DNA of 64,000 nt from Macrostomum lignano (Eukaryota): positions 38,050 to 102,049 of the forward strand of contig NIVC01003901.1 in the NCBI GenBank assembly GCA_002269645.1. The letters run 5' to 3'. A model generated the notes under the pieces. That model saw nothing but the letters and a program-made list of their open reading frames with translations. It was not told the DNA's origin and ran no database searches. Shown here one piece after another: positions 63,700 through 64,000 of this stretch. The translations under genes and the position numbers were made by a program. Position 1 is the first letter of the stretch; every line of letters starts with the position of its first letter.

Positions 63700-64000
63700 T
63701 CACTCTAAGCAGTCCGCTGTCCTTTTCGGACTACCCCTGATTAACAGCTGAAAGTGGCCGAACGGAAGACTTGAGTTCGAGCCAGTCCACGCTCGCTTGT
63801 CCTCCCAGATACTGAGAGCGAGCTTACGTTGCTCAATGGTGAAAACGCGATGTTTCTCACTTCCAATTCGACGAACAGTGAGCGACAGCTTTGAAGCCCC
63901 CTTGAAAATCTTGACGTAGTCGTCGTGGGAGACTTCATTCTTCAGCACGCTTCGTTGGATGCCTTTTGCTTTTGCTTTGCATGCCGCCGAGCTTTCAGCG
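63700..64000 (-). CDS. C-terminus of protein-primed family B DNA polymerase (pPolB); runs off the window
   Basis: Frame open to 63999: KAKAKGI..DYVKI..IGSEKHRVFTIEQRKLALS..EDKR..SLPFGH, typical of Polinton PolB C-termini. Confidence 0.88.
   Translation of the reverse strand, partial: AESSAACKAKAKGIQRSVLKNEVSHDDYVKIFKGASKLSLTVRRIGSEKHRVFTIEQRKLALSIWEDKRAWTGSNSSLPFGHFQLLIRGSPKRTADCLE

Larger units (their letters stand above)
54481..64000 (+). mobile_element. Polinton/Maverick (adintovirus-like) endogenous dsDNA virus, right part outside the window
   Basis: Full set of hallmark genes (rve integrase, minor and major capsid, adenain, A32/FtsK ATPase, PW, PZ, pPolB). Candidate left termini are (AG)6 at 54481 or AGTAGT at 54769. 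Confidence 0.95.

Overview
Eukaryotic (metazoan) genomic DNA: spliceosomal introns, GC3-rich exons and very dense intronic minisatellites. The host is probably a free-living flatworm such as Macrostomum, but that is inference only. Left to right: (1) the last two exons of a myosuppressin/FMRFamide-type class A GPCR with three apparent 1-nt deletions; (2) a two-coding-exon innexin on the minus strand; (3) about 17 kb of tandem arrays with a few orphan exon-like segments; (4) a complete 9-exon alpha7-like nicotinic ACh receptor alpha subunit (minus strand, 536 aa) with a GC-AG intron, an intronic CORE-type SINE and a minisatellite built from its own splice acceptor; (5) a divergently oriented ~670-aa orphan ORF; (6) an AT-rich region of decayed transposons (foldback/MITEs, P/THAP, Merlin-like, Crypton-like, Harbinger); (7) exon 1 of a universal stress protein gene; (8) from ~54.5 kb to the window edge, a nearly intact Polinton/Maverick (adintovirus-like) endogenous virus. 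Its genes are PC4-like, integrase, minor capsid, basic core protein, major capsid, adenain protease, packaging ATPase, PW-like, PZ-like, DEDD-like, and the 3' end of a protein-primed PolB on the opposite strand. The most striking observation is a two-repeat TATA-binding-protein (TBP) homologue at 62421-62984 inside the viral late-gene cassette, in the same element as a tandem PC4-like protein. All homology calls are by eye from remembered family motifs; no searches were run.
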